Origin: Bdellovibrionales bacterium
GTDB taxonomy: Bacteria > Bdellovibrionota > Bdellovibrionia > Bdellovibrionales > UBA1609
Assembly: GCA_027317865.1 (NCBI GenBank)
Contig: DAHVQG010000014.1
Span: 1-64,000, forward strand
Length of the DNA: 64,000 nt
Reading direction: 5' to 3'
The notes under the pieces are model-generated. The model did no database searches and had not been told where the DNA came from. It was given only the letters and a program-made list of their open reading frames with translations. A program made the translations under genes and the position numbers. Below, piece by piece: positions 29,477 through 38,610 of the stretch (positions are counted from its first letter, which is position 1; each line of letters opens with the position of its first letter).

Positions 29477-31506
29477 ATCAAAGGTACGATTAAAAAAGAA
29501 ATTATGGCCATTAGCTTGATTAATATATTGAGCGCCGGGCCGGCGGTGTCTTTTAACGGATCACCAACACTGTCACCGAGCATCGCCGCTTGGTGAGTTT
29601 TCGATCCGCGCCGCTCACCTGCCATTTCGCCGGATTCAATACGTTTTCGCGCCGCCGCCCAAATGCCACCCGAATTCGTCATAAAAAGTCCAATCGCAAC
29701 TCCGGTCACAATCGAGCCGACGAGAAATCCCCCCAAAGCTTCAGGGCCCAAAAGTTTACCAACCACAATAGGAGCGGCAACGGCAACAATTACCGGTATA
29801 TTCATCTCTTTCAATGCGGCTTCGGCTGAAATTTCGGTACACCGATTATTATCCGGCGTGCCCGTTCCGTTCAGCAAACCTGGAATTTCGCGAAACTGCC
29901 GGCGAATCTCAGCTACGACTTTAACCGCAGCGCGCGCAACCGACTTCATGATTGCTGATGATATAAACAAAACAATCAAAGCCCCGATAAAAATTCCAGC
30001 CAAACATTTTGGATCGGACAAATTACCCGTTACTGAGCCCTTTGACCGAAGAGCTTCCTGAAATGCAATAAAAAATGTAACAGAGGTCATAGCCGCAGCG
30101 GCAACCGAAAAACCTTTGCCGACAGTTGCGGTACGATTGCCGAGATCATCGAGTTCGCCGGTAATCTTTCGCACTTCTGAATCAAGGCTTGCCATTTCTG
30201 CGATGCCACTGGCGTTATCAGCAATTGGTCCATAGGCATCTAGTGCTATCGTCGTCGCGACCGTTGCGAGCATCCCAATAGAGGTGAGGGAGATTCCAAA
30301 TAACCCTGCACACAAGTAAGAAGCGATGATCGCGATGGCTAAAATCAAAAGCGGGAGCGTCGCTGATTCAAACCCGGCGGCCAACCCCGACATAAAATTC
30401 GTCACCGGTCCGCTTTTGCCGGCTTCAGCGACTTGCCGTGACGGCCGCGTCGTCATATAAATATAAATCGTTTTGCCAATTAAAAAACCGCCAACTGTGC
30501 CAATTGCCACGGCATAAAAAATATTGAGTGTATAACCACCCGATATCAATAGCGCCGCAGTCGTACCTAAAAAACCAATCAAAGCTAATATTTCAATTAC
30601 GAGCACAACTCGAGCTGAAGAATACCGACCCAAAAAATTGGCGACTAAAATTGCAAATAATGAAGCGGCAAGTCCGATAGTGCCGAGAAAAAGCGGCAGT
30701 CCCACCATAAGGTTTTCATCAACACCGCCGAATTGTGTTTGAATAACTTTGGCGGACAAATAGCTGGCTAAAATGACGGCCGCGACCATTGCCCCCACAA
30801 ACGATTCAAAAATATCCGCCGACATTCCCGCAATCCCACTGACATTGTCGCCGACTTGATCAGCGATCACGCCTGGATTTCGCGCGTCATCTTCGGCGAT
30901 GCCACTCTCCACCTTACCGGCCATATCCGAGCCCATGTCGGCCGCCGTCGCAAATATGCCGCCACCGAGTCTCGAAAAAAGCGCGACCGATGAAGCACCT
31001 AATGAAAAACCCGCGACCATCATTGTAAAATGGTCGTGAGCAGCCTCAAAAAAATAAAAAATTGCCCCGAGAAAAATCAGACCAATGCTCGATATAAATA
31101 AACCAATCGATGCGGCGCTATTGAGCGAAACCCGTAGTGCCGCTCGCCGCCCGCTTGTTCGCGCGGCTTCAGCCGTACGAACGTTGGCTCGCGTCGAAAC
31201 CATAAGGCCAAACCAACCGATCAAAATCGATGCCACAGCCCCCAAAACAAATGTCAACGCAAGCCATGGTCCAAAAACAAATCCAACAATCGCGCCAACA
31301 ATCAAAATAAATATGCCGACTCGCGCAAGTTGTGCTTTCAAAAAAGTCATCGCTCCCGAACGAATCTCCTGCGCGATTGACCGCATCTTTTCGCTGCCTG
31401 CATTATCGGTACGGGGGGTGCGCGTCAGTAATACAAAAAGTAAGATAGAAGATAAAAATCCGATCGCACCTGCAACCGGTGCCAAAATCCGAACATCAAA
31501 AACCAT
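29473..31506 (-). CDS. Membrane-bound pyrophosphatase (HppA) homologue with degenerate catalytic motifs
   Basis: Many TM helices; GKVESGIAEDD.RNP, DAYGPIADNA.GIAEM, GD.VGDPLKDTAGP; several invariant residues substituted. Confidence 0.88.
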   Translation of the reverse strand: MVFDVRILAPVAGAIGFLSSILLFVLLTRTPRTDNAGSEKMRSIAQEIRSGAMTFLKAQLARVGIFILIVGAIVGFVFGPWLALTFVLGAVASILIGWFGLMVSTRANVRTAEAARTSGRRAALRVSLNSAASIGLFISSIGLIFLGAIFYFFEAAHDHFTMMVAGFSLGASSVALFSRLGGGIFATAADMGSDMAGKVESGIAEDDARNPGVIADQVGDNVSGIAGMSADIFESFVGAMVAAVILASYLSAKVIQTQFGGVDENLMVGLPLFLGTIGLAASLFAILVANFLGRYSSARVVLVIEILALIGFLGTTAALLISGGYTLNIFYAVAIGTVGGFLIGKTIYIYMTTRPSRQVAEAGKSGPVTNFMSGLAAGFESATLPLLILAIAIIASYLCAGLFGISLTSIGMLATVATTIALDAYGPIADNASGIAEMASLDSEVRKITGELDDLGNRTATVGKGFSVAAAAMTSVTFFIAFQEALRSKGSVTGNLSDPKCLAGIFIGALIVLFISSAIMKSVARAAVKVVAEIRRQFREIPGLLNGTGTPDNNRCTEISAEAALKEMNIPVIVAVAAPIVVGKLLGPEALGGFLVGSIVTGVAIGLFMTNSGGIWAAARKRIESGEMAGERRGSKTHQAAMLGDSVGDPLKDTAGPALNILIKLMAIISFLIVPLI

Positions 31507-31590
31507 ATGGACCTCGTGACTCTTAATCATTCGATGTTAAAATGATTTTGTCCACAGCAATTCGAGGCAATTTTAGAAAGTGCGAGGCAA

Positions 31591-31947
31591 ATGATGAATC
31601 CCCAGGTTTTTAAAATCGTGCATATTTTGGCCGTTTTACTACTGTTCTACGCTTTGGGAGCCATCGCCGTTCAGTCGACGGGCGATCGCAAAGCCGATCG
31701 GCCCAAAATGCGCTTATACATGGCTTTGCATGGACTTGCCCTGCTTGTGATATTAGTGACGGGGCTGGTGCAAGTGCATCTTTTAAATACGGGGTTTCCG
31801 ACTTGGCTTAAAATCAAATTTGACGTCTGGCTCTTACTTGGCGGATCGGTTGTACTATTGGTGCGCAAACCGCAATGGCGTAACTGGATTTGGATTTTAT
31901 TACTGGCATTGGCTTCGGTGGCCGTTGCCGCTGCCGTTATACGCTAA
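31591..31947 (+). CDS. Small 4-TM membrane protein (SirB2-like)
   Basis: KIVH, LHG, W...K pattern; four hydrophobic segments. Confidence 0.65.
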   Translation: MMNPQVFKIVHILAVLLLFYALGAIAVQSTGDRKADRPKMRLYMALHGLALLVILVTGLVQVHLLNTGFPTWLKIKFDVWLLLGGSVVLLVRKPQWRNWIWILLLALASVAVAAAVIR

Positions 31948-31954
31948 ACCGCTT

Positions 31955-33088
31955 CTAGGCGTTTATTTTGTATTCTAAAAATCGACATTCAATGTTGCCA
32001 TTAAAAACAGGCATTCGGCGGCGCGCCTTGAGTTTAAGGGCCCCAGTGAGCGTTTCGTTACCTGACAAAATCCAACAGGTCCAATTTTTAAAATTCCTCT
32101 TAAGCGAAAACGCGAGGTCACGGTAAACGTCTTTCAGCTCTTCGGTCACGCCCATTCGTTCGCCATAGGGCGGGTTCACAATCAACACTCCCGGTTCACA
32201 GTCCGCGGGAGCGGTAAGTATATCAACCGCACTGGTAGCAAATCGAATTTCAGCGTCAACTCCGGCACGCACGGCGTTGTTTTGCGCAATCTGAACCATC
32301 TTCGAGCTACGATCAAAACCATACAGATGAAGAGTCGCACCGGCCAATTCATGACTGAGTGTCTCTGTTACAACGCGATCCCAAACGTCGGGTTGAAAAG
32401 CCAGAAAATTTTGAAACGCAAATCGTTTACGGTGCGATCCGGGCGCAATTTTTCGCGCACGCATAGCCGCTTCAATTAAAATTGTTCCAGATCCACACAT
32501 CGGGTCAATAAGGGCGACATCTTCTTGCCAACCCGAAAGCGCCAGAAGTCCAGCGGCCAAATGCTCACGCAAAGGAGCCTCGCCCGATTGCGTTCGGTAA
32601 CCTCGATAGCTCAGCGCTTCGCCACTCGTATCAATCGCGACGTTAACCTGACTTTTCACCACTCGAACCATCACGCGCAAGTCGGGGCGACTCGTGTCCA
32701 CGTCGGGGCGGCTCCCGAATTTTTCGCGAAACTGGTCAACAATGGCATCTTTAGCCTTCATTGCGACAAACCGTTGATCTCGAAGAGAACTATCGCGAAC
32801 TGCGGCATCAACCGCTAGCGTCTGATTCACTCGAATGTATTTGGTGAAATCATGTTTTTGCAGATTATGATAAAGGTCGTCGCCATTGTAGGCCGGGAAG
32901 TCGAGCACGGGCTTTAAAATTCGCGTCGCTGTACGCAGTTCAAGATTCGCCCGATAACACCCCTCCCAGTTCGATTCAAAGGTAACCCCCGACCGATTTT
33001 TCTCAATAACTTTAAAGCCTAACGATGCGACTTCATCCGCAAGCACATCAGTTAAACCGTTGGAGGTCACGGCGACAAATTGGGGCAT
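31955..33088 (-). CDS. RlmL-like (THUMP + m2G) rRNA methyltransferase
   Basis: DTSG..L..RGYR, APLRE.LAA, DPMCGSGTILIEAA, NPPYGER, NG.IEC. Confidence 0.9.
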   Translation of the reverse strand: MPQFVAVTSNGLTDVLADEVASLGFKVIEKNRSGVTFESNWEGCYRANLELRTATRILKPVLDFPAYNGDDLYHNLQKHDFTKYIRVNQTLAVDAAVRDSSLRDQRFVAMKAKDAIVDQFREKFGSRPDVDTSRPDLRVMVRVVKSQVNVAIDTSGEALSYRGYRTQSGEAPLREHLAAGLLALSGWQEDVALIDPMCGSGTILIEAAMRARKIAPGSHRKRFAFQNFLAFQPDVWDRVVTETLSHELAGATLHLYGFDRSSKMVQIAQNNAVRAGVDAEIRFATSAVDILTAPADCEPGVLIVNPPYGERMGVTEELKDVYRDLAFSLKRNFKNWTCWILSGNETLTGALKLKARRRMPVFNGNIECRFLEYKINA

Positions 33089-33098
33089 AATTCACTTT

Positions 33099-33374
33099 CT
33101 ATTCTCGTCGTTTTTGATTACGAGGTTGGCGTCTAGGCGCCATTGCGTTGATCACCTTCTCATTCAGTGTCTGGCGATCAAGAATCGTCGTCGGTTCATA
33201 GAGTTGCGCTTGTACGCGAAGGTCGTCTTCGTCTTGCCCGCCCGCGTACGTGTTTCGAATTGCCGGCCTCTGTGAAACCGTTTTTTGATCGATACTTGTC
33301 ATATTCATTTGGGCAAAACACGCTTGCGCAATTAAGAGCAACGCAGCGGTAAATATTGTAAGCGATAATTTCAC
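33099..33374 (-). CDS. Small secreted hypothetical protein
   Basis: Signal peptide, AGGAGG RBS, tight operon spacing. Confidence 0.65.
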   Translation of the reverse strand: MKLSLTIFTAALLLIAQACFAQMNMTSIDQKTVSQRPAIRNTYAGGQDEDDLRVQAQLYEPTTILDRQTLNEKVINAMAPRRQPRNQKRRE

Positions 33375-33377
33375 GGC

Positions 33378-34232
33378 TCAAAACCTCCTGCGATGTGATT
33401 TTTGCGGAATTTGCTTACGAACTTGAAACAGCCGACTCGGCTCAAGTTCAACGGCAACTTCGGCAGCTCCGGGAGTGTCGATGTCGGCAAGAACCACTCC
33501 CCACGGATCGACGACAAGCGAATGACCAAATGTTTCGCGCCGATTACCGCGCGCATTATGATGACCGCCGCTTTGAGCCGCCGCTACGACGAACGCTTGA
33601 GACTCAATTGCGCGGGCCCGCAAAAGCGCGTGCCAGTGAGCCTCACCGGTTGGAACTAAAAAAGCCGACGGAACCATCAAAACATCCACCTCGCGAGCTG
33701 CATACCAACTATACAGTTCTGCGAAGCGAACGTCATAACAAATCGAAAGGCCAATTCGCCACCCGTTGATCTCAATGATTTGCGGAGCGCCCCCGTGAGC
33801 GAAACTCTCTGACTCGCGTACCGGCGGCGCTCCGTCGACATCGACATCAAAGAGATGAATTTTATCGTAGGCCGGCCGAATATCACCTTCGTGATTCACC
33901 CAAATCGTTGTGTTTGTCGGCAATCCCTTTTCGCGTTTATACGGGATCGACCCGATCAGAATATGTGTGCCTTGTACTTTGGCAAAATCACGAAATTGAC
34001 TCCAAAATGGTTCGGTTAAATCGAATGTCGTAGGATGCGCTCCACGTTCGCTCGTTAGCCTTAAATAGAGCGCGTTTTCCGGTAAACATATCACGTCACA
34101 GTCGCGCAGGGCCGTCATCGCTTTGAGGGCCTGCGCAACGTTATCGCCCACATCGTCAGTCGACGACATTTGTACAACTCCAACAAGGAGCGATTGGTTA
34201 GGGCTCGACATTGTTTTTTTCTGCTGTGGCAT
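33378..34232 (-). CDS. Carbon-nitrogen hydrolase (Nit1-like amidase)
   Basis: Catalytic triad motifs LPEN, YDKIHLFD and ICYDVRF; RARAIE. Confidence 0.92.
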   Translation of the reverse strand: MPQQKKTMSSPNQSLLVGVVQMSSTDDVGDNVAQALKAMTALRDCDVICLPENALYLRLTSERGAHPTTFDLTEPFWSQFRDFAKVQGTHILIGSIPYKREKGLPTNTTIWVNHEGDIRPAYDKIHLFDVDVDGAPPVRESESFAHGGAPQIIEINGWRIGLSICYDVRFAELYSWYAAREVDVLMVPSAFLVPTGEAHWHALLRARAIESQAFVVAAAQSGGHHNARGNRRETFGHSLVVDPWGVVLADIDTPGAAEVAVELEPSRLFQVRKQIPQKSHRRRF

Positions 34233-34581
34233 TCTCCAGCATCGACGTCATTGTTACAGAATGAATGTCCCGGCAAACCCAATTTGCCTTTTCGAGATTC
34301 GACTTGATATTGTTCACAATTCGATTGCAGCTGGCGAGATAATGTCCGTACCCCACTTCGCGATCGATACCGCCGCGGGTGTAATAGGTTAAACAGTCAG
34401 ACTTTGCCGATCGCCGGTCGACCCGAATTGTTCGCACGTCTTTTTTATTTTGGCATAAAACGTATGTAAGAGGAGTAAAATTAACCGATGCAGGCTTGGG
34501 TGGTGTTTTGGCGGGCACTGACGGCGACGCCAGCGCCAACGGAAACGCGAATAGCAAAAATGTGGTCGCTATCCATTCCAA
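34198..34581 (-). CDS. Secreted Cys-containing hypothetical protein
   Basis: Signal peptide, four Cys, operon position. Confidence 0.65.
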   Translation of the reverse strand: MEWIATTFLLFAFPLALASPSVPAKTPPKPASVNFTPLTYVLCQNKKDVRTIRVDRRSAKSDCLTYYTRGGIDREVGYGHYLASCNRIVNNIKSNLEKANWVCRDIHSVTMTSMLENATAEKNNVEP

Positions 34582-34590
34582 AACTCATAC

Positions 34591-34860
34591 CTATGATTTT
34601 TGTGCGGATTTCGATTTGCTCGATTTCTTTTTCGCCGTTTTCTCACGCGCGACGGTTTCGACAAGTTTCACATTCGAGTAATCCATAAAACCCTCGTGTT
34701 TCAAAATCCCTTCTTCTTTATCGAAGTGAGTTTGAACGCGAGCGCCCTGGACTTTTACCCGCAATTTTTGCTTATCCAGTTCAAGAACCGCACCTCGCGT
34801 GCCTTTTTGTGCACCGGCGATAACTTGAACTATGTCACCCTTTTTAATGGCTAACTTCAT
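34591..34860 (-). CDS. rplX: 50S ribosomal protein L24 (shortened)
   Basis: KOW motif IKKGD.VQVIAG..KG..G.V; GI...EG.M..SNVKL. Confidence 0.85.
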   Translation of the reverse strand: MKLAIKKGDIVQVIAGAQKGTRGAVLELDKQKLRVKVQGARVQTHFDKEEGILKHEGFMDYSNVKLVETVAREKTAKKKSSKSKSAQKS

Positions 34861-35168
34861 TTACCGTTACCTCCGCGAGTCGATCGCGCCTTTCGGCTCT
34901 GCGCTTGAATCTTCTTTTTAACCGTTAGAGCTCGTTTCGAAAGTATATGATCCGGCTGATTTAAAATATACGTATCAAATCCACCGACGTGTTCCATATC
35001 GCGAATTGTCGAAGCCGCTACTAGAAACCGAAACGGACGGCCCAATGCCGCGCTAAAGATCTGTTTTTTTTGAACATTCGGTTGCACTAAAAATTTTGTT
35101 TTGATGTTGGAGTGACTCACAAGATTTTTTACTTGTGGAGATTTGCCAGATAGTTCACAGCGTGACAT
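34857..35168 (-). CDS. rpmB: 50S ribosomal protein L28
   Basis: MSRCELSGK, VSHSNIKTK...PNVQ, GGFD.YIL. Confidence 0.92.
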   Translation of the reverse strand: MSRCELSGKSPQVKNLVSHSNIKTKFLVQPNVQKKQIFSAALGRPFRFLVAASTIRDMEHVGGFDTYILNQPDHILSKRALTVKKKIQAQSRKARSTRGGNGK

Positions 35169-35306
35169 GAAAACTTGCTCCTTTTACTGAGAAAGCATGA
35201 GATATAATGCGAATTTAGCCTTGTTGTCTATCCAAATTTGTCGTATATCCATCCGACGGCTTACTGTTACTGTAATGTAGGCCGGTTAGCTACAAAGAGG
35301 TTTAAC

Positions 35307-35576
35307 TTGAAAAAGCCCGTTCGCTCAAAATATCGCGCTGAATATCCCGCTGAATTTATTTTTGATTATAAAGATCCGCTAACTCTTGGGCGGTTTATTA
35401 TGGAAGGCGGCAAAATCGTTCCGGCTCGCATCTCAAAACTAAGCCTTGCCCAGCAAAAGCGCCTTTCTCTTGCGATCAAGCGCGCTCGCAGCTTGGGACT
35501 GCTACCGTGTGGTGCCTTAGCCTACGATGTTCACGGTCGAGTCGAGGCCGTATCGGCCAAACCGTTCTCGGTTTAG
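35307..35576 (+). CDS. rpsR: 30S ribosomal protein S18
   Basis: DYKD..L..FI.E.GKI.P.R, QKRL..AIKRAR.LGLLP; TTG start after AGAGG. Confidence 0.9.
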   Translation: MKKPVRSKYRAEYPAEFIFDYKDPLTLGRFIMEGGKIVPARISKLSLAQQKRLSLAIKRARSLGLLPCGALAYDVHGRVEAVSAKPFSV

Positions 35577-35577
35577 A

Positions 35578-36195
35578 TCAATAGTAAGTACTACAATTGA
35601 CGGAAAAGAGCATTCGCGACCAGGCGTCGTCGCGCGACAGTTTTTCCGCCCCAGGTAGAGCTGTGAAATAAGGTTCAAGAAACGCCTGCCATTTGGCCTG
35701 GCCATAAACATTGATGGCCACTTGTTGAAGCCGACAGTAAAGACTTAAATCAGCGGCATCTAAAAATCCTGTTTTAACGGCACCAGAAGCCGGCGGCTGC
35801 TTACCCCAAGCAAGCTTGGCCATCAGATCAGTCGTGTGCCATATCACATGCGAAAAGGACGATACGCTACCCAATTGATCAAAACACCTCGGCGACACCG
35901 TTTCTTGCTGACGCAAAACTTGCCGTACCCCTTGAAACAATGAAAAACATCCCCCCGGGTCCTTAGTTGAACGGCACTCAGCAAACCATTTTTGAAATTT
36001 TGTATGGGTTTGAAATTTATCTTTCGGGTTGAGCGCTAAAATGCTCGCGGTACTTGTCTTAAATTCAGCGACTTGCGCATCACAAATATTTTCAGGCGGG
36101 TTACTGAGCACGATAACGATGATCCCGACCGCAAGAACGATCGTTACAAACATTGCCTTTGGCAGCGACATCAGCCAGCGAGTGAATGATTCCAT
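35578..36195 (-). CDS. Membrane-anchored Cys-containing hypothetical protein
   Basis: N-terminal TM anchor; ~205-aa ORF with six Cys. Confidence 0.7.
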   Translation of the reverse strand: MESFTRWLMSLPKAMFVTIVLAVGIIVIVLSNPPENICDAQVAEFKTSTASILALNPKDKFQTHTKFQKWFAECRSTKDPGGCFSLFQGVRQVLRQQETVSPRCFDQLGSVSSFSHVIWHTTDLMAKLAWGKQPPASGAVKTGFLDAADLSLYCRLQQVAINVYGQAKWQAFLEPYFTALPGAEKLSRDDAWSRMLFSVNCSTYY

Positions 36196-36213
36196 CAACT
36201 ATAAGCTTAAAAC

Positions 36214-36245
36214 AAAAGGGCCGGATTTTCATCCAGCCCTTTTTT
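36214..36245. terminator. Intrinsic terminator downstream of the porin gene
   Basis: aaaagggccggat-tttc-atccagccctttt hairpin with A/T tails on both sides. Confidence 0.75.
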
Positions 36246-36279
36246 CATACGACTTTCGTCTTCAGATTTTACCGTTCAA

Positions 36280-37629
36280 TTAAAACGTCAGGTTACCTGA
36301 TACGTAGTATTGTGAAACCGTCGTATGAAGACTGTTCGTCGTACCGGCGGCATCAACTCCGCTGTAACCGCTGCCGGCTGAGAACATGCCGTAGTCAGCT
36401 GCGATAAAGAAGTTGTGACCATATGTTTTTCTGACGCAAAGATCGAGTTCGTTACCTAGTGTACCGTTGACGGTATTAACACCGCTGGCTGTGCTGAATG
36501 CATAACCATAATCACCCGGCATTACATCGCCATTCGCTTCAGTTTTTGAGAACATGTAGTAGTTAAGAGCAACTTTGATATCGTCGCGTGGCTGTGCTGA
36601 AACGCCGAACCATGTATAGGTGAGGTTACCCCAACCAAACATGCCCATCATGCCACCGTTGGCGTGACGGTCGTAAGCAAAACCATCGTAGGTTTTGTTT
36701 TGGTTCGCAACAGTTTTGTCGCCGCTATCTTGGTGCCAGCCAACATGAACACGAGCGCTCATGAGTGACGGGAAGGTATAGCCAACTTCAGCATCGATCA
36801 TGTGTGTCGATAAACTTTGTTTGTTTGTTGTGCCGTATGCTGTGTAATTGCCGGATTCCATTTCATAGTCGACGCGATAGTCGACATTCATTTTGTCACC
36901 CGAGACCGCAACACCAGCGCGTGTTTCGCTACGAGCAGGCTCTTGTACATTCGCTCCGGGATAGGCCTGATATTTGGCTTGATCTTGGTAAACTTGCAAG
37001 ACGTGGAGGTTTACCATTTTTAACCAAGTCGGTAGGTTTTTGAGGTCTTCAGAAATTCCGTAGAACCGAGCGGTTAGGTTTGGATCAAACGTGCCAGCCG
37101 TATTGTAACCCTCTGCACCTTTCACGCCAAAAAATGACGTGCGACCCCAGTCTTGATCCCAACTGAGTAAGACGCCGTCAAATGCGGTTTCAACGTCTTC
37201 CCATTTGTTAGCAGAAATCAAACGACCATCACCCATGGTGAAAGCACCACGGCCTACGCGCATCATCCAACTGTCATTGATGACCCATGATGCATACGCT
37301 TGGTTGATGAGAAGCGAGTTGTTCAGGTCGTTCTGCGTATTTGCGTTGAGTTCGGTCATTGTCGAATCACCGTACTGTGCGGCACCCCAATCGGTGTTGC
37401 CGACTAAACTTAAATGAGCATTAAACCTTTCATTTGGTCGCGCGTTCACTCCCATGCGAAAACGCTGGTGAAAATTTGAACTGTCAGCCGATTTTTTACC
37501 GGCACTGTTTTGCCTGTCTTGATACTGCAAACGGTAATTGCCGCTTGCGGTAATTTGCGAGCCATCAGCATGTGCATAAGCAAATGGCATCAAACTGAGC
37601 ACCGCTACGAGTGCGCATAGTTTTTTCAT
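36280..37629 (-). CDS. Outer-membrane beta-barrel, alginate-export (AlgE-like) family
   Basis: Signal peptide, QRFR.G, L.QAY, R.GR....GDGRLI, FDG, LG.ELD, terminal Phe. Confidence 0.8.
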   Translation of the reverse strand: MKKLCALVAVLSLMPFAYAHADGSQITASGNYRLQYQDRQNSAGKKSADSSNFHQRFRMGVNARPNERFNAHLSLVGNTDWGAAQYGDSTMTELNANTQNDLNNSLLINQAYASWVINDSWMMRVGRGAFTMGDGRLISANKWEDVETAFDGVLLSWDQDWGRTSFFGVKGAEGYNTAGTFDPNLTARFYGISEDLKNLPTWLKMVNLHVLQVYQDQAKYQAYPGANVQEPARSETRAGVAVSGDKMNVDYRVDYEMESGNYTAYGTTNKQSLSTHMIDAEVGYTFPSLMSARVHVGWHQDSGDKTVANQNKTYDGFAYDRHANGGMMGMFGWGNLTYTWFGVSAQPRDDIKVALNYYMFSKTEANGDVMPGDYGYAFSTASGVNTVNGTLGNELDLCVRKTYGHNFFIAADYGMFSAGSGYSGVDAAGTTNSLHTTVSQYYVSGNLTF

Positions 37630-37802
37630 TCGTTAACTCCCTTGTTGTTGACTAAGTTGTCGTTGACGCATCCAAACGCGCAAGTCATTAGTGCCACTTT
37701 GACCCACCATTACCAACGCGTATAGTTGATCGTAAATGCGGATTTTTTTCGAAGGCAATATTTTTTCGTTAAGTTACGGCTTCGCGTTACGACTTACGTC
37801 TG

Positions 37803-37831
37803 TTGACAGGCCATTTTTGTATACTTAATTT
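37803..37831 (+). promoter_or_regulatory. Sigma70 promoter of tRNA-Pro
   Basis: TTGACA-N17-TAATTT. Confidence 0.6.
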
Positions 37832-37852
37832 CGCGTGTTTGCCTGTTTCACT

Positions 37853-37929
37853 CGGGGAGTGGCTCAGCCCGGTAGAGCATCTGCTTTGGGAGCAGAGGGT
37901 CGCAGGTTCAAATCCTGTCTCCCCGACCA
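37853..37929 (+). tRNA. tRNA-Pro(TGG)
   Basis: 77-nt cloverleaf; anticodon stem tctgc/gcaga with loop tttggga; GGTTCAAATCC T arm; encoded CCA. Confidence 0.97.
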
Positions 37930-38054
37930 TTTTTCGAATGTTGCGAGTGCAACTCATCGAGAAATTCCAGTGATCGTAACTAGTTGAAAACACCGAAAAG
38001 AGCCTGGCGTCTTTAACTCGAAAATTTCGTGAAATATTGCGAAATGTCCCCATT

Positions 38055-38085
38055 TTGCTACTTTTTTGCTACTTCGTTGCTACTT
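38055..38085 (+). repeat. Three TTGCTACTT repeats with 11-bp period (putative integrase arm sites, left end)
   Basis: Copies at 38055, 38066 and 38077; same core at 49618 and 49628. Confidence 0.75.
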
Positions 38086-38305
38086 GAAAAACCGTCGCGC
38101 AGGCGCCGTATTCTAAATTCACGCCCGCCATTTTCTAGAACGACATTGCAAATTTTGAACGCCACTCGATTTTTTACTTTGGATCTGAAATTCCAGTCTC
38201 GTGCGAATTTCAATATGTGACTTTACGAATTTGTCGCGGGACTTTTACATCCGCACTCAACAGATATTTAAACGATTTAAACAACATCTCTAAAAGGGGA
38301 TCAAT

Positions 38306-38485
38306 ATGAACTTCGATAAACTCATTGAATGGGCCGTCATTGTTGTACTTGCTTACGCAATGACCGGCCATCTCGGCACATTGCAACGTTGGATTTGGCG
38401 CGAACAAGCTAAAGTTTTGTACGCATCGCGAGCGTCCGCTTGGCCGACGCCAAGGTTGTGGACCGAACCCAAGATACGTCGATAG
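38306..38485 (+). CDS. 59-aa small membrane protein (absent from the ORF track)
   Basis: AAGGGGA RBS; MNFDKLIEWAVIVVLAYAMTGHLGTLQRWIWREQAKVLYASRASAWPTPRLWTEPKIRR. Confidence 0.65.
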   Translation: MNFDKLIEWAVIVVLAYAMTGHLGTLQRWIWREQAKVLYASRASAWPTPRLWTEPKIRR

Positions 38486-38610
38486 CGCCAAATTTAGCTG
38501 GTCTATCGCCTGATACTGGGCGCCCTCAGCTCTAGCCGTTGAGTCCGAAATCGCCACAAAATCTGGACTTACAGACCTTCAGGAATAAACTGAATGAAGA
38601 AATGAGGGCA

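Noticed and set aside
31548..31556. DnaA-box-like TTGTCCACA
   Set aside because: Single mismatched copy with no cluster or origin context
37680..37696. TGGCAC...TTGC on the minus strand upstream of the porin gene as a sigma54 promoter
   Set aside because: GG-to-GC spacing is 12 nt rather than the required 10
38055..38085. CRISPR-like array
   Set aside because: 9-bp units with 2-bp gaps and no spacers or cas genes; no CRISPR array seen in the window
38210..38557. 115-aa minus-strand ORF from the track
   Set aside because: No recognisable features; antisense to the 59-aa plus-strand ORF, which has a good RBS
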